This document shows positions 53,137-62,521 of a DNA stretch of 64,000 nucleotides, one piece after another. Numbering within the stretch: the first letter of the stretch is position 1; each line of letters starts with the position of its first letter. Both the position numbers and the translations under genes were made by a program. This DNA is from Candidatus Methanophagales archaeon (GTDB lineage: Archaea > Halobacteriota > Syntropharchaeia > Alkanophagales > Methanospirareceae), in NCBI GenBank assembly GCA_024699715.1, contig JANPRD010000010.1:39159-103158 (forward strand). Direction: 5' to 3'. The notes below the pieces were generated by a model, which did no database searches, was not told the DNA's origin, and saw only the letters and a program-made list of their open reading frames with translations.

Positions 53137-53976
53137 ATGCTCAAACGGATGTTCAGCTACCTGACATTGCAAATAGAGCCTACGAGAGAATGCAACTTGA
53201 ACTGTAAAATCTGCATGCGGAGACATCTTGATAAGGGAGGTTCTCTCTCTTTTGAGAGCTTCAAGCGAATACTTGATGCTTACAATTTCCGCTATGTCGG
53301 ACTGCACGGCTGGGGAGAGCCGCTATTAAACCCTGAATTGTTTGATATGCTGAAATATGCGAAATCGCGTGGCGTGATAACAAATCTCACAACTAACGGC
53401 ATACTCGTTGAAGAGCATGTGAAGGACATTCTCGCATCGGGCTTGAACGATATCGCTTTCGGAATATACAGCATGCGCGCTCTCGATAAATTCAGGGCGG
53501 GTTTGGAGAAGCTTCTGAGCGAGCGGTCGCAGAGAAATTTGAAGCTTCCCAAAACTTATTTTGATATTACCATATATCGTGATAATTATAATGAAATTCC
53601 CGACCTTATTGAGACTGCCATAGATTTAGGTGTAGATGCAGTAATCCTTCATAGACTCTTCAATATATATAAAGTGGATCGTGATGTGGAATATATAACG
53701 AGGGAAGAGGAAGAGATGCTGTTCAGAAAAGTGAAAAAGATGAGTAAAGAGAGGAAATATAGGATTTATTTGCCGAGAAGACATGTATTGCCCTGCATAT
53801 ATGTGAAAAGGAGCATTTTCGTGACCTGGGATGGCAAAGTAACGCCTTGCTGCTACCTACCGGATTATTATTTGGGGGATGCACTCAAGGAAAACTTTAA
53901 AAAAATTTTGCGAGAGCGAAGTAAATTCATCAGAAACATGCACAAACATCCCATCTGTGCCAAGTGCATATGGTGA
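53137..53976 (+). CDS. radical SAM protein with SPASM/Twitch domain
   Basis: CNLNCKIC, GWGEP, TTNG, and C-terminal C..(WDGKVTPCC)..CAKC. Confidence 0.9.
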   Translation: MLKRMFSYLTLQIEPTRECNLNCKICMRRHLDKGGSLSFESFKRILDAYNFRYVGLHGWGEPLLNPELFDMLKYAKSRGVITNLTTNGILVEEHVKDILASGLNDIAFGIYSMRALDKFRAGLEKLLSERSQRNLKLPKTYFDITIYRDNYNEIPDLIETAIDLGVDAVILHRLFNIYKVDRDVEYITREEEEMLFRKVKKMSKERKYRIYLPRRHVLPCIYVKRSIFVTWDGKVTPCCYLPDYYLGDALKENFKKILRERSKFIRNMHKHPICAKCIW

Positions 53977-54043
53977 GTTGAGGAGAGCCATGAATGAGAG
54001 AGGAGGTGGCGCTGGAGCAGATTGGAAAACAGGAGGTGAAGAG

Positions 54044-54610
54044 ATGAAGCTGAAATCATATTTTGGAGTGTATGAGTTTTCCTTTATACTCTTGTCTGCT
54101 CTCGCCAGCGCTATATTGAATACTTACCTACCGATAAAAGCGGTTACGCAATTGCTCGGCATACCAGGACCTGCAGCGGGAATGGCATTGTTGGGTGGAT
54201 TTATCTTTGTTTTTTGGGTTGCTCTGGCATGCGATATTGTCAAAAAAAGATATACAGGAATCGTTACCTCGCTTTTAATCGCCTCTTTTTGCCTGCTTAT
54301 ATATCCTTGGTATGGAGTTATTTCGCCCCCATGGTTTGGCGTTTACGGAATTATTGCTCTTCTTTCAATGGGTATTCTTGTGGAGCTAACAGCATATAAG
54401 TCAAGATTATTGGCGATAACTGGAGGAGGTCTCGGGAATTTATCGTGTTTAGTGATTACATGGACTGCTATCGGAGTTCATGTTGGGGTATGGATACCGT
54501 CAATATTCGCACCAATTCTTATGCTCGCTGCTTTCATTTCCGGATGTGTTGGCTCGTTAATAGCGTATTATATTACAGATAAAATTAAAAAAGAAAGTTT
54601 CACATCGTGA
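54044..54610 (+). CDS. about 6-TM membrane protein, ECF S-component-like
   Basis: AGGAGGTGA RBS, 188 aa, hydrophobic, IPGPAAG and KRYTG loop motifs. Confidence 0.55.
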   Translation: MKLKSYFGVYEFSFILLSALASAILNTYLPIKAVTQLLGIPGPAAGMALLGGFIFVFWVALACDIVKKRYTGIVTSLLIASFCLLIYPWYGVISPPWFGVYGIIALLSMGILVELTAYKSRLLAITGGGLGNLSCLVITWTAIGVHVGVWIPSIFAPILMLAAFISGCVGSLIAYYITDKIKKESFTS

Positions 54611-54677
54611 AAACTGTCGGTTGGAAATTGGATGTGATAAGATGCGTGAGAAGCGTATGTGAGATATGAGATAATGT

Positions 54678-54745
54678 CAGCCGGGGGCGGTGTTCGGCGA
54701 CCTTCAGATTATGAATCTAACGCCCTCCAGCTAGGCCACCCGGCT
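54678..54745 (-). pseudogene. degenerate tRNA(CAT) with a truncated T-arm
   Basis: AGCCGGG/CCCGGCT acceptor, TAGCTGG D-loop, TTAGA-TTCATAA-TCTGA anticodon arm, AGGTC variable loop; no GTTCG. Confidence 0.65.
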
Positions 54746-54809
54746 CCCCACCCACTTTCATTTCCTTTTTACTTATTACGCTTTGGTAGTTTCGCCTTCA
54801 ATTTCTTCT

Positions 54810-55355
54810 TCACGCTCTCTCCTCGCCTTCGCAGGATGCGACGACGCTCTTTCTTTCCCTCCTCCTTCGCAGTAGATTCCTCCTCCACTCTTCTTCACGA
54901 AGGATGACCTCAACTGTGACGGTCTGCGTGTCAAATGGCGTTGCTCTGCCGAATGCTCTCGGAATGAACCCACGAATTGTTCTGCCTTTTTTAGTTGCGA
55001 TGTGCCAAATTCGCAAGCGATGCTCATCTAATCCCTTGTAGGAGGCGTTAGCCTTCGCATCCCTCAAAAGTTTCAGGATCGCTGAAGCTGCCTTCACGGG
55101 ATACCTGCCCGCATACCATTTCTGAAGACCTCTGCGGTGCGCAACTTTCTTCTTATGCCTCTTGAAAGGCACTGGCTTCTCCTTCGCAATCACTGCCTCC
55201 AAAAATCTCTCTGCGTCCTCAACGAGCATCCCTTTTATCGCCCTGCATATCTCAAACGCATGCTTCGGCGAAATGTGCAGCTCGTATGCCATCGCCTTCG
55301 CCGTCCTCTCTGCATCCTCCTCACTCACTTCCACCGTGAATGCAACCCTGCCCAT
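54810..55355 (-). CDS. rpl22: 50S ribosomal protein uL22
   Basis: [24 protein letters not shown]. Confidence 0.95.
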   Translation of the reverse strand: MGRVAFTVEVSEEDAERTAKAMAYELHISPKHAFEICRAIKGMLVEDAERFLEAVIAKEKPVPFKRHKKKVAHRRGLQKWYAGRYPVKAASAILKLLRDAKANASYKGLDEHRLRIWHIATKKGRTIRGFIPRAFGRATPFDTQTVTVEVILREEEWRRNLLRRRRERKSVVASCEGEERA

Positions 55356-55483
55356 TTTCCTCGCTCACCTTCACGCTACTTCACTCACGCCCTCACTCTC
55401 ACTTTTCACCCTCTCCTCAACGCAGCACCACAGACGCACACAGCGAGTGCTGAAGCATAGAGCAAAGGCTGGCAAAAGCGGAA

Positions 55484-55894
55484 TTATTTCAAAGGCACAT
55501 ATTTTGATGCACGAGTTGCACCCACGCCTGCAGCTCCATGCACCACTTTCTTTCTTGTTAGTGCGAACTCACCGAGGTAATGCCCTATCATTTCGGGCTT
55601 TATCTCAACATATTCAAAATCTTTCCCGTTGTGAATACCTATTTTCTTGCCAACCATGCTCGGAAGGACTATCATCTGCCTCAAATGCGTCCTCACTACA
55701 TCCTTCTTCTTCAACTTTTCAAGCAGTTTCTCCTCCGCCTCCGTCAATCCCCGCTTCAATTTCCTGCGCTGTCTCGCAGGTAGCAACTCCGCAAACTCCT
55801 CTAAACTCATTTTCCGCAGCCTCGGAAGGGAATACCCTCGGTAGTGGAACTCAACTTCTCGCTTCAAAGTCGCCTTCTTCCTTTTCTTCGCCAT
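55484..55894 (-). CDS. rps19: 30S ribosomal protein uS19
   Basis: [26 protein letters not shown]. Confidence 0.95.
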   Translation of the reverse strand: MAKKRKKATLKREVEFHYRGYSLPRLRKMSLEEFAELLPARQRRKLKRGLTEAEEKLLEKLKKKDVVRTHLRQMIVLPSMVGKKIGIHNGKDFEYVEIKPEMIGHYLGEFALTRKKVVHGAAGVGATRASKYVPLK

Positions 55895-55969
55895 TTTCCG
55901 CTCACCTCACATGCCTCGCTCACACGCCTCTCTCACACCCTTCTCCTTTCCCATTTTTAATCTTCCCGC

Positions 55970-56734
55970 TCATTTCCGCTTTTTCCTGCCTGTGCGTTTT
56001 GCTGCGATGCTACCGACCTTTCTGCCGGGTGGTGCGCCCCTGCTCACCGTCTTGGGTCTGCCGACATGCTGATGCGAGCCACCTCCGAACGGATGGTCAA
56101 CGGGATTCATCGCAACGCCACGCACCCTCGGATATTTCGCCGCTCTCGCCTTCATTTTGTGGTATTTCTTGCCCGCCTTCACGAGAGGTTTCTCCATTCT
56201 GCCGCCGCCTGCAACGACGCCGACTGTTGCGAGGCATTCAGAGGAGACCCACTTCTCCTTTCCACTGGGAAGAGCAAGAAGCGTCATGTTTTTCTCCGCA
56301 CTGTGAGCGAGCACGGTTGCGAAGTCGCCGCCTGCACGGGCGATTTTACCGCCGTCGCCGGGTCGCAGTTCAACATTGCAGACAGGTGTCCCCTCAGGAA
56401 TGCAACGCAGCGGGAGCGTGTTCCCTACTTTCAACTCTGCGGAGGCGCCGTAGCAAATCTCGTCGCCCTCTGAAATGCCCTCCGGAATAATTACAAACTG
56501 CTTCTTCACCACCTCTCCTCCTCCGCCGTTGAGAGGACGAACTAATGCAATTGGTGCGCTCCTTGCGGGGTCGTGCAGGATTTTCTCAACGACGCACCTC
56601 ACCACGCCCCCTCGTTTCTCCACATCTGCAGCGGAGACCCTCAAATGCATCAGCTTCGCCTTGAAGCGGTGCGAAGGCGCCCTGTATGTGGGAGTGCCCT
56701 TTCCCCTGCGTTGTGCGATTATTCGCTTGCCCAT
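55970..56734 (-). CDS. rpl2: 50S ribosomal protein uL2
   Basis: QRRGKG, HDPARSAP, VRGVAMNPVDHPFGGG. Confidence 0.95.
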   Translation of the reverse strand: MGKRIIAQRRGKGTPTYRAPSHRFKAKLMHLRVSAADVEKRGGVVRCVVEKILHDPARSAPIALVRPLNGGGGEVVKKQFVIIPEGISEGDEICYGASAELKVGNTLPLRCIPEGTPVCNVELRPGDGGKIARAGGDFATVLAHSAEKNMTLLALPSGKEKWVSSECLATVGVVAGGGRMEKPLVKAGKKYHKMKARAAKYPRVRGVAMNPVDHPFGGGSHQHVGRPKTVSRGAPPGRKVGSIAAKRTGRKKRK

Positions 56735-56735
56735 T

Positions 56736-57011
56736 TCACATCAATCCTAATGATGTCGCTATTTCTTTAGCCTTTCCCTCCTCCTCAAACTGAACAATCG
56801 CCTTTTTCTCGCCACGAGGCGTGAGCATCGTGTTCACACGCTTCACTCTCGCACCGAATAGACGCTCAATCTCATCCTTTATGTCTTTCTTCGTCGCACG
56901 CACATCTACGATGAACTGCAATTTGTTCTCCTTCTCCATCTGCAAAACCGCCTTCTCCGTCGAAACCACATGCTTTACCCATCTGAAGCCCTTCCCCGCA
57001 GCTTCCGCCAT
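56736..57011 (-). CDS. rpl23: 50S ribosomal protein uL23
   Basis: TEKA, NKLQFIV, VNT..GEKKA. Confidence 0.95.
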   Translation of the reverse strand: MAEAAGKGFRWVKHVVSTEKAVLQMEKENKLQFIVDVRATKKDIKDEIERLFGARVKRVNTMLTPRGEKKAIVQFEEEGKAKEIATSLGLM

Positions 57012-57042
57012 CTCACCACACACCCTCACGCCTGCTCAATTT

Positions 57043-57973
57043 TTATTCCTCAACTCTCGTTTCTGCCGCTTGTTCCTCTGAAGAAGCCTTCGCCTCCACA
57101 GACGCCGTAGCAGACGCAAATGGTAGAGATGCGAGTTTTGAAATTGCGTCTTCTGTCCAAACGGTCAGTCTGCCCGGATGCGTTCCAGGTGCGAGCAGTT
57201 CCACATTTAAAGCGGCGACACGGCAAACATCCACACCCGGCAAGTTCCTCGCACTCCGCTCTAAAGGTAGCAGTCTCCGCCTCGCTCACTCCGCTCACTC
57301 CGACCCTCTTCTCCTCTTCCTCCTTTCTCTCTTCCTTCTCTTCCTTACCCTCCGCCGCAGGCATTTCATCGCCAGAAATCACGAAAAGGACGCTCTTCTT
57401 TCTGCGGTAGCGGCGACCTCGCATTTTTCCACGCCCCGCCCTGACCTTCTTCCGCTTCGCTCTGAGGACATCCTCCCAAATGCCTACCGCTTTCAAGAAA
57501 GCCTCAACATCAGCCGTTTTTGAGAGCGTTACGAGAGCATTCTCAACAACAATCGGCAAAGAGACATCTTCGCTGAACTTGTGACCACGAGCCCTCACAA
57601 GCGAAGGGTCTGCAGTCGCAGCAATAGCAGAGCGTAGAGCCTTCCACCGCTCCTTCTTGTTTATTTTTTTGAGAATCTCCTTCTCCGCCTTCGGTGGATG
57701 CGCCCTGCGACCGCCGACGGCTTGCGGGACTCTCGCAGCTCTCCTGCCTGTTTTAATGCGAGGCACTCTTGAGACGCCGTGACCTGGACCCCAACTCTCC
57801 GCAGAAGTGTCCTTGCCTGCGAGTTTTGACGCTCCCTTCGGCTGAAATCTCCTTGACTGAAGCGATAGAACCGCCTTCTTAATCAAATCAGGGCGGAACT
57901 CCTCCGAAAATACCGCTGGTAACTCCACTTCCCGCAACACATTCCCAGAAATGTCAAGCACTTTCGCCTTCAT
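57043..57973 (-). CDS. rpl4: 50S ribosomal protein uL4, frameshift near 57260
   Basis: [25 protein letters not shown]; the shifted frame gives [21 protein letters not shown]. Confidence 0.95.
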
Positions 57974-58041
57974 TTCCTCCGCTTCCTCCGTCCCTCAACG
58001 CCCGCAACACCGAACACACACGCACAACGCCTCCTCCGCTC

Positions 58042-59010
58042 CTAACGCCTGCAACCCTGCTGTGATTCCGTGTATATGTATGAAATCTCAGGAACGCCCC
58101 AATCGGGATGATTCCTAATGGCAAAACTCATCCTTATTAGCCTCTTTTTCGGCCCAGGAACGCTTCCTTTAAGCAAAATATAATCGTTCCTGACAATTCC
58201 ATATTTAATAAATCCACCTTTTGGCGTGACTTCTTCGCCATTCTCACCGATTTTCAGAATTAATTTGTTGTATTCAGTGCGTTGATGGTAGCCTGTCTGA
58301 CCCGCTTGTGGAACGAACCACCGAACACGGGCAGGTCTCCAGGGTCCAAGCGTCCCGACATGCCGCCCTCTTCCCGCCCTCTGAGCCTTCGCAGGCTGAA
58401 TCTTGACGCCCCACCGCTTCACAGGACCCTGAAAGCCCTTACCTTTCGTAACTGCGGTGACATCCACGAAATCACCCGCCTTGAAAACATCTGAAACTCT
58501 TATCTCGCCACCGAAGTGTGCCTTCGCAAATTCAAAGTCAGCAGAGGCGTTTCCGAGACCTCCCATACGCAACTCAAAAACATCAGGCTTCTTCTTCGGC
58601 ACTCCGCTCACGAGCTTCGGTTGCGTCTCAACAATCGCACGCAGTTCAAGCTCCTCCGCAGGATACTTCGCCAAGCATTCCTCTATTCTGCTCAACTGAG
58701 CCTCTGACCACGCTTCTGTGAGCGCCTTCAAGCCGTAAAGCGTCTCTCTGTATATGCGAAGACCTGAGAACAGGAGTGGAGGCGCCTCAATCACCGTCGC
58801 AGGCACAAATATCTCCTGACCTTGCGTTGGGCTGTGCTCCCTGTTGTCTATGAGCATGACATGCGTCATCCCCGCCTTGTAGCCTGCGAAGCCCTGAAGT
58901 GGTCTGCCCTCTACGATTGTCTCACGACGAATCCTGCCCTTCTCCTGCTTCGCCCGCTTCCTCGGCGAGAACGCAAGCGAACCCCGCCTCGGTCTGCTCG
59001 TCTTTGACAT
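58042..59010 (-). CDS. rpl3: 50S ribosomal protein uL3
   Basis: GYKAGMTH, TKGKGFQGPVKRWG, GYHQRTEYNK. Confidence 0.95.
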   Translation of the reverse strand: MSKTSRPRRGSLAFSPRKRAKQEKGRIRRETIVEGRPLQGFAGYKAGMTHVMLIDNREHSPTQGQEIFVPATVIEAPPLLFSGLRIYRETLYGLKALTEAWSEAQLSRIEECLAKYPAEELELRAIVETQPKLVSGVPKKKPDVFELRMGGLGNASADFEFAKAHFGGEIRVSDVFKAGDFVDVTAVTKGKGFQGPVKRWGVKIQPAKAQRAGRGRHVGTLGPWRPARVRWFVPQAGQTGYHQRTEYNKLILKIGENGEEVTPKGGFIKYGIVRNDYILLKGSVPGPKKRLIRMSFAIRNHPDWGVPEISYIYTESQQGCRR

Positions 59011-59083
59011 TTTCCCTAAACTTCCACTTCACAAAAGTGAATAAAAAGATTTGCTCAAGCGAAGGAATGAACAGGCAAAAAAA

Positions 59084-60819
59084 CTAAAACAGCGAAAGCG
59101 GTATGTAAGGGCGAATAATTGAAAAGAAAATCAGGAAGAATATGGAAATGCTCATGACTGCGGCTATCGCTCTTGAAATCTTCTCCCTTTTCCGCTCTTC
59201 CTTTAGGAAAACGAGGGACGATTTCACAACCTCTTGAAACACATAACCGCCGTCGAGAGGGATTGCGGGGAGACAATTGAAAAGAGCGACCCAAAAATTA
59301 ATCCAAGCAGTCCAAAAGATGACATCCGCAACAAGAAATGCAACTCGCTGCGGTGCGAATGGGAATTTGTAAAAGTGCGTGAGGAGCGGGCTGAATCCGT
59401 TGAAGCCTCCCTGTGCAGGCGAGAGGAAAGGAAGAGCGGTGAGTCTTAGCCAACCCTCAGGCGAGTTCAAAGATGCGGGAATGCCTCTCAAATGATTCAA
59501 GTATTCTTCCGTGGGGAACGCAGCGACCGCCATTCCGAAAGGCATGTTCGCCACAACGACACCCAAAAATCCCTTTTTCTCGCCGTAAGGAGATGTAGTT
59601 AAGTTCACTACAACCTCTTTCGTCTCACCAGAAGCCGTCTGCACACGAATTCTCAGCGTTTGACCGGGATGCGTTTGATTCATGAATGCGAGGAACTCCT
59701 CAAAACCGCCTATTGTAGTGCCGTTTATTGCAATAATGCACATTCCTCCTCTTATTCCAGCACGCTCCGCAGGGAAAGCCCTCAAATGTTTGCAGAATCC
59801 AGACGCCTTTACTGCCACCTTCAACGGTCAGTGTGCGTTCAGTGCCATTCTCGTCTAAAACTTTCAGAGCCACTCGCTCACGACCAGAAAACGCATCTTT
59901 CAAATCCTCAACGCCTCTCACGGGAACACCGTCAACCGCAAGGACAAGCATACCCGCTTTCAACCCCGCTCGCTCCGCAGGACTCCCGGGTGCGACGCTG
60001 TAAACATAAGGAACACTCTCGCTCACAGGCTGAATCGCAGCGAGAAAAGCGAAAAAAAGCAGGAAAGCGAGCGCTGCAACGCAGAAATTAGATGTCACGC
60101 CCGCTGCGAGAATCCTCGTTCTCTCCTTCGCCGTCGCAACCTTCTCCACCGACGCCTCGCCTTCGCCGACGCCTTCACCGTCATCCTCCTTCGCCGACCC
60201 GCTCTCTCCACACTCTCCTTCCTCCTCCGCCATTCCCTGCCTTCTCAGCCTTTCTTGCCTCTGCTGTCTTCACTGCTTTTCCCGCCTTTTTACCGAAGAG
60301 TTGCTCGCTGTCGGGTTCAGCAAAGCCCCCGATGGGGATGAGGGCGAGGATAATGCCCATTGATTTCACTCTTATTCCTTCAACTTTGCAGAGAACTGCA
60401 TGCGATATTTCGTGAGCGACGAGTGCAATAACAAGACCTATCCAACCATAGAGGGGAATGAACTCGTTAATGCCGGGAATTAGGAGCATATTTCGTGGCT
60501 CGCTCAGCTTTGATGGTGCGGGAGGCGTCGTTAACATCATGAAAAAACTCAAAATCAGCAGGATGAACATTGAAATCATTGAGATAATGACGAGAGAGAT
60601 GCCGAAATTTGCGAAGCATCGCCAGAATTTTCTGCGTATGCGACCTCCTGCGAGTGTTTCGAGGAGGCGCTGACCCCTCTTCGTTCGCAACATTAAAATA
60701 GGACCGAAAGCGGAGATGTTGTGGCGTTGCAGGACGCCTCTCCGCTCAAGAATTAGCACGAGAAGCCAATACGCAAGAAATACATACAGCACCACAAGAA
60801 GCGACGACAACGCCACCAC
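59084..60819 (-). CDS. site-2 (M50) intramembrane metalloprotease with PDZ domains, two frameshifts
   Basis: HEISH, GGFAEP, AAGVTSN, two PDZ (SPAERAG), NCLPAIPLDGG. Confidence 0.9.
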
Positions 60820-60879
60820 TCTCTCTTGATTAATTTCTGATGTAAAAAAGGCATGGGTGCGTTAAAATCTTGCCTCACT

Positions 60880-62182
60880 TCAGGTTTCGCAAGGGAAACC
60901 CAGTAGTCTCGGAGGGATTATTTGATGCCTTAGGAAATCTCCGAAAGTCTCACGCTCCCGCACAAGTTCAGCTCTTCCGTTGCTCACGAGAACCTCAGCA
61001 CAGCGAGGTCGCATATTGTATTGCGAGCTCATTGAGAAGCCGTAAGCACCGACATCTAAAATTGCGAGTATGTCGCCTCGCTCTACCGGAGGAAGCCTCC
61101 TCTCTCCGAAAATGTCGCCTGACTCGCACAGCGGACCGACAATTGTGTATTCCTCCGCAGGCTCAACACCAATCTTGTTCGCAACGAGAATCTCATGGTA
61201 AGCACCATACATCGCAGGTCTCACGAGGATGTTGAAGCCTGCATCCACCGCAACAAAGTTCTTAGCAGCTCGCTTCACCGCTTGCACTTTCGTTAGCAGA
61301 ATGCTCGCATTACCGACAATTGAGCGTCCAGGCTCCAAAATAAGCTTCACAGGCTCCTTCAAGCGAGCAGATTTGAACGCAGGCATGAATGCGTGAGCGA
61401 GGTCTTTCGGCGTCGGGGCGTTCTTTTTCTCCGAAGGCGTGTAGCCGATGCCGAGACCTCCGCCCAAATCCACGAAATCAATTTCAAATTTTTGTTGAAG
61501 ATGCGAAGCGATGCGCAGCATTTTCTCGGCAGCCTCCCTGAAAACGCTCAATTCAAAAATCTGCGAGCCGACATGGCAGTGAATACCGCAAAGTGCGAGA
61601 CCTCGCCTCTCAACATAACTGCAGGCTGCGAAGACTTCCTCCGCTGGAATGCCAAATTTTGATGTCTTGAGTGCAGTCGCAATCTTCGGGTGTGTCCTCA
61701 CCGAAATCTCAGGATTCACTCGCACCGCAACCCTCACACGCTCATCCTCGCTTACAGAACCTTGCGACATCCGAGAGAGCATCCGCCTCGTCTGTGGAGT
61801 CTAAACACACGCAGACGCCTGTCTCAACCGCAAGACGCAGCTCATCCTCGCTCTTCGCATTCCCGTTGAATATAATTTTTTGCGGTGGGATGCCCGCAAG
61901 CATCGCAGACTTCAACTCAAAATCAGAGACGACATCCGCACCTGAACCCTCCGTAGCGAGTATTCTCAGGATTGCGAGGCTCCAGTTCGCTTTCACCGCA
62001 TAGCAAATCTCAACATCCTCAACAACTGCGACTTCTTCCTTGAATGCGCTGAACGCCTCCTTGTATGCTCTGAAGTTCTCTCGCACCCTCGCCTCGTCCG
62101 TAACTATTAAGGGAGTGCCGAACCTCTCCGCAAGCTCCACTACATCCACTCCGCCGAAATGCAAATGCTCGCCTCCTTCCAC
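60880..62182 (-). CDS. lysA: diaminopimelate decarboxylase, frameshift near 61760
   Basis: YAVKAN, SKFG, HCHVGSQ, DLGGG, EPGR, CESGD, GAYG. Confidence 0.95.
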
Positions 62183-62340
62183 ATCTCCTTAATTAAGAAA
62201 CAAAAGAAAAAGAGTGAGGAGAACGCTGTGTTGAGATGAAAGATATAACATGCTCGCTCATGCGCTGCGGTCGGCAAGGTCGGCAAGGGCGTTACGAAGC
62301 GCTGAGGATGTGCAATTAAGTTCCACATTTAGATTAGTAA

Positions 62341-62378
62341 GTAAACTACCCTCTCCCTAACGGAAGAGGCTTTGAAAG
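62341..62378 (+). mobile_element. isolated IS200/IS605-like terminal hairpin remnant
   Basis: GTAAACTAC-CCTCTCCC-TAAC-GGAAGAGG-CTTTG resembles the GTCAACTACCCC...GGGGCTT ends; no transposase nearby. Confidence 0.4.
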
Positions 62379-62421
62379 GCGGAAAACCCTGCGGGGAATT
62401 ATCGCATAACCTCCTGCAATG

Positions 62422-62512
62422 TCGCCTAACGTCTGGGCGTATCCGAAGTTCCAAGCGAAGTGAGGAATTTGGACGGAGCGATAGCGAAGTCGGATATTCA
62501 CCTGTTAGGCGA
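62422..62512 (-). mobile_element. attC-like integron cassette recombination site 1
   Basis: TCGCCTAAC...GTTAGGCGA perfect 9-bp IR containing the RYYYAAC/GTTRRRY cores; inner GTATCCGA/TCGGATAT L boxes. Confidence 0.75.
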
Positions 62513-62521
62513 TCTGGACAT

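Noticed and set aside
52928-53164. 78-aa ORF from the ORF track as the rSAM substrate
   Set aside because: It starts at a GTG overlapping the better ATG at 52926 and runs through the terminator-like tract into the rSAM gene. The 54-aa frame fits the RBS and gene spacing better.
55162-56490. 442-aa plus-strand ORF and other long antisense ORFs
   Set aside because: These are shadows of ribosomal and other core genes. Pyrimidine-rich antisense strands have few stops, and the translations show no motifs.
2203-58044. Genome-wide TAG reassignment to pyrrolysine
   Set aside because: TAG terminates cysD, cobT, porD, hisI and rpl3 at or near their expected C-termini.
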